A stretch of 61,124 bases of DNA, counting the filler. It is 4 parts of 4 records of this genome, joined end to end, with 100 filler letters (N's around TTAATTAATTAA, not from the genome) between each part and the next. Parts side by side here need not be neighbours in the genome. Positions count along the whole stretch, not along the records: positions 1 to 28,899 come from SRR20825010_794; 3 more parts are not named here. One strand, 5' to 3'. The notes under the pieces are model-generated. The model made no database searches and was not told where the DNA came from. It saw nothing but the letters and a program-made list of their open reading frames with translations. Position 1 is the first letter of the stretch. Each line of letters opens with the position of its first letter. The position numbers and the translations under genes were made by a program. Shown piece by piece: positions 1-9,153 of the stretch.

Positions 1-543
1 CTCTTCAGTAGGTTTATACAGATTGCCCATCACGGCGGCGTACACGATGTTGTGATCTTGGGGATGAATTCTCATTCTGGAAATATGACGGCTTTTGTCC
101 AATCCCAAAGATTTCCATGTTTTCCCGGCATCCTCGGTCTTCCAAACACCGTAACCTGAAGACACGTTACCGCGAACGGTCTGCTCACCTCCACCTACAT
201 AAATTACATTATGGTCGCTTTGCGCTACCTCAACGGCACCGATACTTCCTCCAAAATAACCGTCGGAAATATTTTCCCAAGTGCGGCCTCCATCTTTGGT
301 TCTCCAAACTCCGCCACCAGTGGCACCGAAATAATATAGGTTAGGTTCTCCAGGTACACCGGCAACTGTGCCAGAGCGTCCTCCTCGAAAAGGACCGATC
401 AATCGGTATTCCAAACTGGAGTAAAGTTCTTGAGGGTATTCGGGCGAACTTTGTTTCTTGTTCCTGCGCTGAGAATGAGCAGGGGAAATAAATAATGTGG
501 TGGCAAGCAAAAGCATACCAATTTTGAAAAAGCAAGTCTTCAT
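1..543 (-). CDS. VPS10/BNR-repeat (sortilin-like) secreted glycosyl hydrolase, N-terminal part; runs off the window. Missing from the ORF track.
   Basis: Manual translation from ATG at 543: MKTCFFKIGMLLLATTLFISPAHSQ (signal peptide)…YRLIGPFRGGRS…YFGATGGGVWRTKDGGRTW…YVGGGE…GVWKTEDAGKTW, with BNR/Asp-box-like repeats typical of Bacteroidota VPS10 proteins. Confidence 0.85.
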   Translation of the reverse strand, partial: MKTCFFKIGMLLLATTLFISPAHSQRRNKKQSSPEYPQELYSSLEYRLIGPFRGGRSGTVAGVPGEPNLYYFGATGGGVWRTKDGGRTWENISDGYFGGSIGAVEVAQSDHNVIYVGGGEQTVRGNVSSGYGVWKTEDAGKTWKSLGLDKSRHISRMRIHPQDHNIVYAAVMGNLYKPTEE

Positions 544-649
544 TTTTAAAGTGTTGAGTTAGTCGGCTTTAAATGTAGTGAAAAAGACACAAAAAAAGTT
601 GTTCAATATTTTGTACTTTAACCCAGCTTATTAAACCTAAAACTAAACA

Positions 650-1438
650 ATGCTTAAATTTTTAAAGGTCGCCATTTTGATTCTGGCGATAACCGCCTGC
701 AAAAATCAAACAAACAAAAAAGAAGAAACAGCAATCCCAGAGCCCGAAAAGGAAGAATTAGAATGGATCTATCTTTTTGATGGCTCCAGTCTGGAAGGCT
801 GGCGAGGGTACGGAATGGACTCCCTGCCCCCTGGATGGACCATACGAGACAGTATCCTCACTTTTGATACCGAACTGGGACTGGAACAGGACTATACCGG
901 TGGAAAGGATATTATTTACGGAGCCGAAGAGTTCGATAATTTCGAACTCTACCTTGAATGGAGAATACCTGAGGGAGCCAATAGCGGAATTTTTTATCAT
1001 GTAAAAGAAGGGTATGATGGTCCTCCCGTGGTTGCACCGGAATATCAAATTATAGATGATGAAAACTATGGGAACATCCATGATCTTACAGGGTACAACT
1101 CTCAATTTGGTGCAGAGCACCCAGAACTGCTGCAAGACTGGCAAAAAACAGGGGCCGATTATGCCATGCACACGGCCGATGAATCGCAAAAAAACCTTAA
1201 TCCGGTCGGTGAATGGAATTCCTCCAAAATCGTGTTCACTCCCGAAAAGGTGGAACACTGGCTCAATGGCAAAAAATTATTGGAATTTGTCCCTTGGTCA
1301 GAAGAATGGAATGCAAAAAAAGCATCGGGAAAATGGGACAACGCCCCTGATTATGGAAAATACAAAACTGGGTACATTGCCCTGCAGGACCATTCAAGTC
1401 CAATTTGGTTCAGAAACATAAAAATTAAAAAACTATAA
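650..1438 (+). CDS. DUF1080 3-keto-disaccharide hydrolase/lyase family lipoprotein
   Basis: Lipobox ITAC; motifs LFDGSSLEGW, NSGIFY, EYQIID, GEWN, GYIALQDH, FRNIKIK. Confidence 0.9.
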   Translation: MLKFLKVAILILAITACKNQTNKKEETAIPEPEKEELEWIYLFDGSSLEGWRGYGMDSLPPGWTIRDSILTFDTELGLEQDYTGGKDIIYGAEEFDNFELYLEWRIPEGANSGIFYHVKEGYDGPPVVAPEYQIIDDENYGNIHDLTGYNSQFGAEHPELLQDWQKTGADYAMHTADESQKNLNPVGEWNSSKIVFTPEKVEHWLNGKKLLEFVPWSEEWNAKKASGKWDNAPDYGKYKTGYIALQDHSSPIWFRNIKIKKL

Positions 1439-1448
1439 CCTCCAGACC

Positions 1449-2873
1449 ATGAACAAAAGAGAATTTTTAAAAAAAAGTAGTGTTGGGGCGCTCGGTATTA
1501 TGCTGGCACCTTCAATTTTAAAGGCAGGATTCCCAAAAGACAAACTTCGCACCGCCCATATTGGGGTCGGTAACATGGGAATGGAGGATTTAAAAGCGGT
1601 CTCTTCCCATAGTGCTGTTGAAGTGATAGCACTATGCGATGTGGATGCAATCAACTTATCCACGGCACACAAAATGCACCCCGGAGCACGTATCTTTTTT
1701 GATTACCGTGCCATGTTGGAAGAAATGGGGGACGAAATCGATGCGGTAATTGTTTCCACCCCTGACCACACACATGCCCCGGCTTCCCTGATGGCAATGA
1801 ACATGGACAAGCCCGTGTACTGCCAAAAACCGTTGACCCACTACGTTTCCGAATCCAGGGAAATGAAAAAGGTGGCCGCCGAGAAAGGACTGGTCACCCA
1901 AATGGGCATACAGGTACATTCCTTTTACGACTATAAACTGGCCACGCTTTTGATACAGTCCGGCATCATTGGAAAAGTGCATACCGTACATGCGTGGTCC
2001 CCTAAAAACTGGGGTTATGATGGCCCATTACCAGAGGGTGAAGACCCCGTTCCGGACCAGTTGGATTGGAACCTTTGGTTGGGAACATCAAAACAACGTC
2101 CCTATAAAGATGATATGTACCACCCGGGCAACTGGAGAAAGTTAATGGACTACGGTTGCGGTACCTTGGGCGATATGGGTGTTCACATTTTTGACACTCC
2201 GTACAATGCCCTTAATCTGGATGTGCCCAGAACCATTAAAACGGAATGTAGACCGACCAACGGATTCGGTTTTCCGGAAAAGAATACCGTAACCTACGAG
2301 TTTCCAGGAACAGAATACACCGGAAAATCCCTGAAATGGGTTTGGTATGATGGCCCCGGAGCACCAGAAATGCACGAAGACCTTTTGTTGCCAGGAATGG
2401 AAATGAAAAAGGACAAAGATACCTCCGGTAAGAGTGATGAAAACAGCATTTCATTGGATGCTGGTGTTGCTGGTGAAAATGAGTTGCCAGAACAAGGAGC
2501 CATGTTCGTCGGAACCAAAGGACGTTTATTGTTGCCCCACTTTATGCAATTGCCCAAAAAGATCGTTCGTGGCAAATATGTGGATATCTCCAAAGAAATA
2601 GCCAAGGTATCCGAAGAGCACAATTTGGGTGAACCCATCCGAAATTATGCTACCGAAGGTCCCAAGCACTATCATCAATTTGTGGACGCTTGTTTGGGGA
2701 AGGATACCACAACCGCTCCTTTTGATTATGCCGCAAGATTGACAGAAACCATTCTGTTGGGCACCATTGCCGGTCGTTTTCCAGGAGAAACCTTGCATTG
2801 GGATGCAGAAACTGCACAGTTCAAAGAAGAAAAAGCCAACAAATATTTGGCCGGGGATTATCGTGATTTTTAA
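1449..2873 (+). CDS. Gfo/Idh/MocA family oxidoreductase with Tat-like signal
   Basis: N-terminal KREFLK Tat-like motif; IGVGNMG, STPDHTH, VYCQKP, LGDMGVH. Confidence 0.9.
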   Translation: MNKREFLKKSSVGALGIMLAPSILKAGFPKDKLRTAHIGVGNMGMEDLKAVSSHSAVEVIALCDVDAINLSTAHKMHPGARIFFDYRAMLEEMGDEIDAVIVSTPDHTHAPASLMAMNMDKPVYCQKPLTHYVSESREMKKVAAEKGLVTQMGIQVHSFYDYKLATLLIQSGIIGKVHTVHAWSPKNWGYDGPLPEGEDPVPDQLDWNLWLGTSKQRPYKDDMYHPGNWRKLMDYGCGTLGDMGVHIFDTPYNALNLDVPRTIKTECRPTNGFGFPEKNTVTYEFPGTEYTGKSLKWVWYDGPGAPEMHEDLLLPGMEMKKDKDTSGKSDENSISLDAGVAGENELPEQGAMFVGTKGRLLLPHFMQLPKKIVRGKYVDISKEIAKVSEEHNLGEPIRNYATEGPKHYHQFVDACLGKDTTTAPFDYAARLTETILLGTIAGRFPGETLHWDAETAQFKEEKANKYLAGDYRDF

Positions 2874-2891
2874 AATAGATAAATAAAGATA

Positions 2892-3398
2892 ATGCCAACG
2901 ACCCAAGAATATTGGCTTAGTGGTGCCATACTCGATGTACCAGCACTGTTACAGCCTGCGGCCCATGCGCTTTTACAGTCTGTTCGAGAAATAAAGACCT
3001 ATTTAGCGGATTTTCCCGAGGATAAACTTTGGGAAAATCCATTTGGTCGGGCTTCTATTGGCTTTCATTTACGACATATTACCGGAGTATTGGACCGTAT
3101 GCTCACCTACGCCGATAACAAGGGATTGACCGAAGAGCAATTTCATTTTTTAAAAAATGAAGGCAATGGAGAATCCGCGCCCTGGTCCCAACAATTGATC
3201 GCCGATTTTGAAAAAAAGGTAAATCAGGCTTTGGAATATTTTAAAAATACTCCTGAATCCATTCTTACCGAGAAGCGTTTTGTGGGGCGTAAAAAATTGC
3301 CGTCAACGGTTATTGGACTGCTGTTCCATGCTGCCGAGCACAGTCAACGCCATGTGGGACAATTGTTGGTGACGGTTAGCGCATTGAAAAATCAATAA
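2892..3398 (+). CDS. DinB family protein
   Basis: SIGFHLRHI and FHAAEHSQRHVGQ His-triad pattern. Confidence 0.85.
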   Translation: MPTTQEYWLSGAILDVPALLQPAAHALLQSVREIKTYLADFPEDKLWENPFGRASIGFHLRHITGVLDRMLTYADNKGLTEEQFHFLKNEGNGESAPWSQQLIADFEKKVNQALEYFKNTPESILTEKRFVGRKKLPSTVIGLLFHAAEHSQRHVGQLLVTVSALKNQ

Positions 3399-3405
3399 GT
3401 CAGTT

Positions 3406-4536
3406 ATGAATGGACTACACCATCGTTTTTGTTTTTTATTTTTCATATTGCCAATATTGATGCTAGCACAAAGCAGACTTAGAGATCATGGTGTTGAAGT
3501 AGGCGTGTTGCGTCCAGGGACTTTAAATACCATTACAGATGTACCAGGGGTAAAAGTGGGTCAATTTACTTTAAACCAAGGATATGATATTCGAACGGGC
3601 ATCACCGCAATTCTACCCCATTCAGGAAATATCTTTCAGGAAAAAGTGCCTGCTGCCATCTACGTGGGCAATGGGTTTGGCAAGTTGGCAGGATATACCC
3701 AAGTCAAAGAGCTGGGCAACTTGGAAACACCTATCATATTGACCAATACCTTGAGTGTTCCCACGGCTGTAAATGCCGTAATCGGTTATACGCTCAATCA
3801 ACCTGAAAACGAAAATGTCCGTTCCATAAATGCCGTGGTCGGCGAAACCAACGATGGCTACCTCAACGATATTCGAGGCCGTCATATCACAGAAGAGCAT
3901 GTGCTTAAAGCCATTGAAAATGCATCAACGGGCCCTGTTTCAGAAGGAAGTGTCGGAGCAGGAACGGGAACCATTTGTTTTGGTTTCAAAGGCGGTATCG
4001 GAACATCATCCAGAGTATTACCAAAGCAATCAGGAGGGTATACCGTAGGCGTATTGGTACAGACCAATTTTGGAGGTGTTTTGCAAGTAGCTGGAGTGGA
4101 AGTAGGGAAAAAACTGGGGCATTATTCCGATAGTTTTAAATATTCCCCCGATGGTTCCTGTATGATGGTCGTACTCACCGACGCCCCCTTGGACTCCAGA
4201 AATTTGGAGCGTTTGGCCAAACGGGCCATGTTGGGGCTTTCACACACAGGCGGCATTGCAAGCAATGGTAGCGGTGATTACGTGATTGCCGTTTCTACGG
4301 CAGAGGCATGCCGAATTCCTTATGAGAGTGAAAATCCGATTCAAAATGTTCCGACCTTGAGAAATGAGGCCATGACCCCACTATTCCTTGCCACCATCGA
4401 AGCGACCGAGGAAGCTATTCTGAATTCCCTTTTTGCAGGAGAAACCATGATTGGTAGAGATGGGCATAAAATTGAGGCACTTCCAAAGGAAAAAGTGTTG
4501 GAAATGTTGAGGGAGGCAGGAAAACTTGACAGATGA
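3406..4536 (+). CDS. P1/DmpA (S58) family aminopeptidase
   Basis: ITDVPGVKVG, GNGFGK, VVGETNDG, EGSVGAGTG, GFKGGIGTSSR, GS autocleavage site (DGSC), NGSGD. Confidence 0.9.
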   Translation: MNGLHHRFCFLFFILPILMLAQSRLRDHGVEVGVLRPGTLNTITDVPGVKVGQFTLNQGYDIRTGITAILPHSGNIFQEKVPAAIYVGNGFGKLAGYTQVKELGNLETPIILTNTLSVPTAVNAVIGYTLNQPENENVRSINAVVGETNDGYLNDIRGRHITEEHVLKAIENASTGPVSEGSVGAGTGTICFGFKGGIGTSSRVLPKQSGGYTVGVLVQTNFGGVLQVAGVEVGKKLGHYSDSFKYSPDGSCMMVVLTDAPLDSRNLERLAKRAMLGLSHTGGIASNGSGDYVIAVSTAEACRIPYESENPIQNVPTLRNEAMTPLFLATIEATEEAILNSLFAGETMIGRDGHKIEALPKEKVLEMLREAGKLDR

Positions 4537-4635
4537 CACGCCAACTGTAACAATCCGACGTCATTTCACACTAATCTAACGGAAGTAATCTTCATTTTTC
4601 ATAAATTAAGCATCATTTAAACTAAAAACACGACC

Positions 4636-5775
4636 ATGGATATTTTTGGAAAAATAAAAGAAAAGCTCAGCAACGAGTTTATTGACATTGTTGAGTGGCT
4701 GGACTACACGGACGATACCATTGCCCATCGTTTCGAACGCTATCAAAATGAAATAAAAAATGGAGCCAAACTGATTGTGCGCGAAGGGCAGACCGCCGTT
4801 TTTATCAACGAGGGGCAATTGGCCGATGTATTTGCCCCCGGCACTTACGACCTCACCACAAAAAACTTGCCTATTCTGGCCACTCTAAAGGGCTGGAAAT
4901 ATGGATTCAACTCTCCTTTTAAAGCGGAGGTGTATTTTGTGAACACTCACTTGTTCACTGACGAGAAATGGGGGACCAAAAGCCCCATCACTTTAAGTGA
5001 TGACCGCTTTGGTCTGGTGGAAATCCGAGCTTTCGGGACCTATGCTTTTAAAATTTCAGATGCTGGAAAGTTTATAAAAGATATTGTAGGTACGGACAGT
5101 AACTTTACCAATTTTGAAATCAACGAGCACTTAAAAAGTTTGATTGCTACACGGTTCACGAATACCGTGGGCCAGGCCAATTTGCCCATCGAACTCTATG
5201 CTGCCAACACCACCGAGCTTTCGGACACCTGCCGCGAGGTCATGTCGCCCGAGTTTGAAAGCGTGGGGATTTCCTTGGAAAAATTCTACATCGAGAACGT
5301 ATCCATGCCAGAAGACCTTAAAAAGGAAATCTTCGAATACAGCCGTATCGATAAGCTTGATTTGGATAAATTAACCAAATTCAAAACCGCCAAAGCCATT
5401 GAGGCAGCTGCCCAAAACGAAGGCGGAACCGCCGGTGCCGGAATGGGCATGGGCATGGGATTTGTGCTGGCCCAACAAATGGGCGGTATGATGGGCGGAA
5501 ACACGCAAGCAGCCCCACAACAAGCGGCGCAATCGTCGGGTGGAGCAGTACCTCCGCCAATGCCTGCACAAACGATGTATTTTTATGCTTCCAACGGAAC
5601 ACAGCACGGCCCCGTGAGCTTTGAACAAATGCAATCCCTTTTTGCTTCGCGGACCATTAACCGCGATAGTTTGGTTTGGAAACAGGGCATGTCCACATGG
5701 ACCGCCTTGAAAGAGGTGGATGAGTTGAAATCGTTCTTGGGAGGCAATACACCGCCGCCCTTACCAACGGAATAG
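4636..5775 (+). CDS. SPFH/Band-7 domain protein (YdjI-like) with C-terminal GYF_2 (DUF4339) domain
   Basis: LIVREGQTAVF…PGTYDL, SPFKAEVYFVN, KWGT, IRAFG; GMGMGMG linker; C-terminal QHGPVS…LVWKQGMSTW GYF_2 motif; Pro-rich PPPLP ends. Confidence 0.88.
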   Translation: MDIFGKIKEKLSNEFIDIVEWLDYTDDTIAHRFERYQNEIKNGAKLIVREGQTAVFINEGQLADVFAPGTYDLTTKNLPILATLKGWKYGFNSPFKAEVYFVNTHLFTDEKWGTKSPITLSDDRFGLVEIRAFGTYAFKISDAGKFIKDIVGTDSNFTNFEINEHLKSLIATRFTNTVGQANLPIELYAANTTELSDTCREVMSPEFESVGISLEKFYIENVSMPEDLKKEIFEYSRIDKLDLDKLTKFKTAKAIEAAAQNEGGTAGAGMGMGMGFVLAQQMGGMMGGNTQAAPQQAAQSSGGAVPPPMPAQTMYFYASNGTQHGPVSFEQMQSLFASRTINRDSLVWKQGMSTWTALKEVDELKSFLGGNTPPPLPTE

Positions 5776-5787
5776 TTTATTATTCAA

Positions 5788-5878
5788 TGTCTTTTCGAAA
5801 TGAGCTTGCTCGGCAACGATTGAGAAATCCCTGCGTTGCAATTTAGATTTCTCAGTCGCAAACTCCTTCGAAATGACA
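5788..5878. repeat. REP-like nested palindrome (TGTC(A/T)TTTCGAA…GAGAAATC…GATTTCTC…TTCGAAATGACA)
   Basis: Outer arms 5788-5799 / 5867-5878 (1 mismatch); inner arms 5817-5829 / 5846-5858 (1 mismatch); intergenic. Confidence 0.7.
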
Positions 5879-5899
5879 AACAGAACACTAATTATACTA

Positions 5900-5958
5900 T
5901 CATTCCTGTGAAAGCAGGGATCCTTAAACCATCAAGAATCCCGTCTTCACGGGAATGA
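5900..5958. repeat. Inverted pair of dRS3/REP-like units (ATTCC-N-GG(G/A)AT)
   Basis: tcattcctgtgaaagcagggatcc (5900-5923) faces gaatcccgtcttcacgggaatga (5936-5958); each unit is itself a hairpin. Confidence 0.7.
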
Positions 5959-5962
5959 AGAT

Positions 5963-7057
5963 ATGGAAGAGCAAAAAATCCAAAAGACCGAACTCAAAAA
6001 AGCCTGCACCAATTGCGGGGCGGAGCTTAAATACAAGCCTGGCACCACCAGTATCAGTTGTGAATATTGTGGCCACCAAGAGTCCATTGAAGTGGACAAA
6101 AACGGGTTTGAGGAATTGGAGCTACAGCCATTTTTACAGGAAATGGGCTCGCAAAAGCACAGTGAGGAAATCTCCATGCTGCATTGCAAAAATTGCGGTG
6201 CCGACCAACATGTGGAAGAAAACTACAAATCGCTCCATTGCGTGTATTGCGGCCAACCCTTGGTTATAGAGGACGCCTACAAAGAGAATTGGATATTGCC
6301 CGGTGCGGTGCTCCCTTTTCAAATTGATAAAAAACAATCCTTCATCATTTTTAAGAAGTGGGTAAAGCGTTTATGGTTTGCACCGAACAACTTAAAAAAA
6401 GCCTCTCTGGACCCTCAGTTTACCAAAGGGCTTTATTTGCCCTATTGGACCTTTGATGCACAATTGTACGCCTCCTATACAGGTCAGCGCGGGGAATATT
6501 ATTATGAGACCAAAAGAGTCCGTAATTCGAATGGAAAAATGGTGACCCAACGAGTCCGTAAAACCAGATGGTATCCAGCCGCTGGAGAAGTTTCAGGTTT
6601 TGTGGACGATACGTTGATCAAGGCATCACATCAAAAGGCTGGAAGAATCCCTGGAAAAATTGCCTTTTGGGATTTGAAAAAACTTCAACCTTTCAACAGC
6701 GGTTTTTTATCTGGATTTGTTACCGAAAAATATACCATCCCCTTAAAAGATGGGCATTTGCATTCCAAAGAGGTGGCAAAGGACATTGCAGATTCTTGGT
6801 GCAGGCGCGATATTGGTGGCGACACCCAACGTGTGCTTTCCATGGACATGAAACTCTCCGAGGAGACTTTTAAGCATATTCTATTGCCCGTTTACGTGAG
6901 TGCCTATCGCTACAATGGCAAAGAATACAATTTTTTTATCAATGGGGAAAACGGGCAAATTTCGGGCACACGACCTTATAGTTTTTGGAAAATATTCTTT
7001 ACTGTTCTTGCTGGACTAATTTTGATTGGTGTGATTGTTTTTCTTTCCAAAAAGTAA
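5963..7057 (+). CDS. Double Zn-ribbon membrane-anchored protein (often mis-annotated as primosomal protein N'/PriA)
   Basis: Four CxxC motifs (CTNC, CEYC, CKNC, CVYC); LYLPYWTFD; KHILLPVY; INGENG.I.G.RP followed by a C-terminal TM helix. Confidence 0.8.
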   Translation: MEEQKIQKTELKKACTNCGAELKYKPGTTSISCEYCGHQESIEVDKNGFEELELQPFLQEMGSQKHSEEISMLHCKNCGADQHVEENYKSLHCVYCGQPLVIEDAYKENWILPGAVLPFQIDKKQSFIIFKKWVKRLWFAPNNLKKASLDPQFTKGLYLPYWTFDAQLYASYTGQRGEYYYETKRVRNSNGKMVTQRVRKTRWYPAAGEVSGFVDDTLIKASHQKAGRIPGKIAFWDLKKLQPFNSGFLSGFVTEKYTIPLKDGHLHSKEVAKDIADSWCRRDIGGDTQRVLSMDMKLSEETFKHILLPVYVSAYRYNGKEYNFFINGENGQISGTRPYSFWKIFFTVLAGLILIGVIVFLSKK

Positions 7058-7062
7058 ATATC

Positions 7063-7998
7063 ATGCGTGTAATATTCATTCTAGCAGTTGTTTTGATAAC
7101 ATCTTGTTCCAAAAGCAACCACAGTGTCAAATTGAATTTTCATAAAGATTTGATTCCAGAGGGCATCGCCATTGATCCTGTTTCCCAAAAAGTTTATCTG
7201 AACAGCCTTTTTAAAAACAAAATTGTAAGGTCCAATCTGGATGGTACGCAACCTGAAGTTTTTATAGAAAGCAACCAATTTGGTTACCTTTCTGGTTTTG
7301 GAATGACCATAAAAGGTGATACACTTTTTGCTCTGGGCAATAGCCATACAGGTCCGGACAACCAATCCATTTTACTGTTGTTAGATGTTTCGACCGGTCA
7401 ATTGATCAATACGTATTTATTGAAGAATTTTGATAAATCTTACCTCAACGATATAGCTGTAGGTCATAACGGTAATTTTTACATCACGGATTCTGAACAT
7501 TCCGCCATATATACACAAAATAAGAAAAATGGACATTTGGAAATCTATTTTTCAAATACAGAAATACAGCACCCGAACGGAATTACGGTTTCCGACAATG
7601 GGCAGTACCTTTATATTGCTTCAATGAAAAGTGGAATCCGCATATTGGATATTGCCACCAAAAAACTGCTAAATTTTCCCAATGACCACAAGGGAATCGA
7701 TGGAATGAAGTTTTATAAAAATACTTTGATCTGCATCGTGAATGCTCGACGTAACCCTGAAAAGAATGGTATTTTTCAGTTTACCTTAAATAAATCGGGA
7801 ACCAAAATTACTGGGCAATCCAAACTTGGGTCATTTGAGAACCCAACGGATATCCCAACAACTTTTGCAATTCACAACAATCACATGTACTATGTTGCTG
7901 ATTCTCAAATGGACATGTTCGATGAGACATCAGATCAAATAATAGACACTTCCAAATTGGAGGACTACCACTTGATTCAATTGAACCTAAATCCTTGA
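7063..7998 (+). CDS. SMP-30/gluconolactonase-like beta-propeller lipoprotein
   Basis: ATG at 7063 gives lipobox LITSC; PEGIAID, LNDIAV…FYITDS, PNGITVS, GIDG propeller motifs. Confidence 0.7.
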   Translation: MRVIFILAVVLITSCSKSNHSVKLNFHKDLIPEGIAIDPVSQKVYLNSLFKNKIVRSNLDGTQPEVFIESNQFGYLSGFGMTIKGDTLFALGNSHTGPDNQSILLLLDVSTGQLINTYLLKNFDKSYLNDIAVGHNGNFYITDSEHSAIYTQNKKNGHLEIYFSNTEIQHPNGITVSDNGQYLYIASMKSGIRILDIATKKLLNFPNDHKGIDGMKFYKNTLICIVNARRNPEKNGIFQFTLNKSGTKITGQSKLGSFENPTDIPTTFAIHNNHMYYVADSQMDMFDETSDQIIDTSKLEDYHLIQLNLNP

Positions 7999-7999
7999 T

Positions 8000-9100
8000 C
8001 TATTCTGTAAAAACCAAACAAACAGGGTTAGGGTGTTCCGTCTCATTCAAAAAAGTCAGGGTTCCGTTTTCCGTATCTCTTTTGAAAACCACGATGTTGC
8101 TGGTCTTTTTGTTGGCGACCAATAAGAATTCACCTGTTGGATCTATGGAAAAATTTCGGGGCCAATCCCCGCGTACCGATTCCCTTCCGACCAATTCCAA
8201 TTTTCCTGAAGTACCATCCACAGCAAAAATTACGATGGTGTTTTCACCACGATTGGAACCGTACAAAAACTTTCCATCGGGTGATAGGTGAAGATCGGCA
8301 CAAAAGCTTTCTCCATCAAAATCGGGAGCCAAGGTTGGAACCACTTGAACCTCCTGGTAATTTCCGTTCTCAACCCTTTCAAAAACGGAAATGGTACTGT
8401 TCAGTTCATTGATGACGTATAGTAGTTGACCTTCATTACCAAAGGTAAAATGGCGTGGCCCTGCTCCATCTTCAAACGGTATGGATGCTTGTTCGGCTTG
8501 AACGAACTTACCATCTTCTTTTCTGTATCTTTTTACAGCATCCAATCCCAAATCGGTTACCATAAGCCCATCCATATTGAACTGTGCCATGTGAGCATGC
8601 GATGTTTTTACGGAATCCAATGGTTTATGATCTATTACCTGCGGATTATCGGCCAAGGAACCATCACCATTAAGTGAAAATATGGCAACATTACCGCCTG
8701 TGTAATTGGCTACGGCCAAATGGCCATCACCCGAAAATGATACGTGGCAAGGATGTGCGCCCTGAGTGCCCATACTGTTTTGAAGTTCCAGTAAATCCTT
8801 GTTCAAACTAAAGGCCGTAACACCGCCACCCAAACTATCGAAATCATCGGTTTCCTGAACGGCATAGAGGTGTTTTTTATCTTCTGAAATGGCCAAATAG
8901 GATGGATTGGTCAACTTGGCAGCCAGTTTTTTACTGGACAGCTCTCCAGTATTCGCATCAAAAGTGTAGGTGTAGATGCCCTCGCTATCACCATCGGTGT
9001 AGGTTCCAACAAATAAGGTGTACATGGGTTTTTCTTCAGGTTTTTCGGAGCAGGCCAATGCTAAAACTACAACCAAGCCCGCAAGAACAAATTTTTTCAT
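8000..9100 (-). CDS. Lactonase family (6-phosphogluconolactonase Pgl-like) lipoprotein
   Basis: VGTYT, NPSYL, PCH, ANYTGG, HAH, DLGLD, GAGPRH, YGSNRG, WPRNF. Confidence 0.9.
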   Translation of the reverse strand: MKKFVLAGLVVVLALACSEKPEEKPMYTLFVGTYTDGDSEGIYTYTFDANTGELSSKKLAAKLTNPSYLAISEDKKHLYAVQETDDFDSLGGGVTAFSLNKDLLELQNSMGTQGAHPCHVSFSGDGHLAVANYTGGNVAIFSLNGDGSLADNPQVIDHKPLDSVKTSHAHMAQFNMDGLMVTDLGLDAVKRYRKEDGKFVQAEQASIPFEDGAGPRHFTFGNEGQLLYVINELNSTISVFERVENGNYQEVQVVPTLAPDFDGESFCADLHLSPDGKFLYGSNRGENTIVIFAVDGTSGKLELVGRESVRGDWPRNFSIDPTGEFLLVANKKTSNIVVFKRDTENGTLTFLNETEHPNPVCLVFTE

Positions 9101-9153
9101 GGATGTTTAGTTAAACGACCCAAATTAAACATTCTAGATCAAACTGGAAGTAT

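Noticed and set aside
5440-5460. ATGGGC tandem repeat as a phase-variation tract
   Set aside because: In-frame; encodes the GMGMGMG linker typical of this SPFH family
5788-5958. CRISPR array
   Set aside because: Repeats are inverted, few and lack regular spacers; no cas genes
5963-7057. PriA/primosomal helicase call
   Set aside because: No Walker or helicase motifs; only Zn ribbons and a TM tail
6985-7062. Longer starts in the ORF track (also 15020, 17764, 29569, 36586, 38523, 39067, 43894)
   Set aside because: They overlap upstream genes or regulatory DNA; downstream ATGs give proper signal peptides, SD sites or family N-termini
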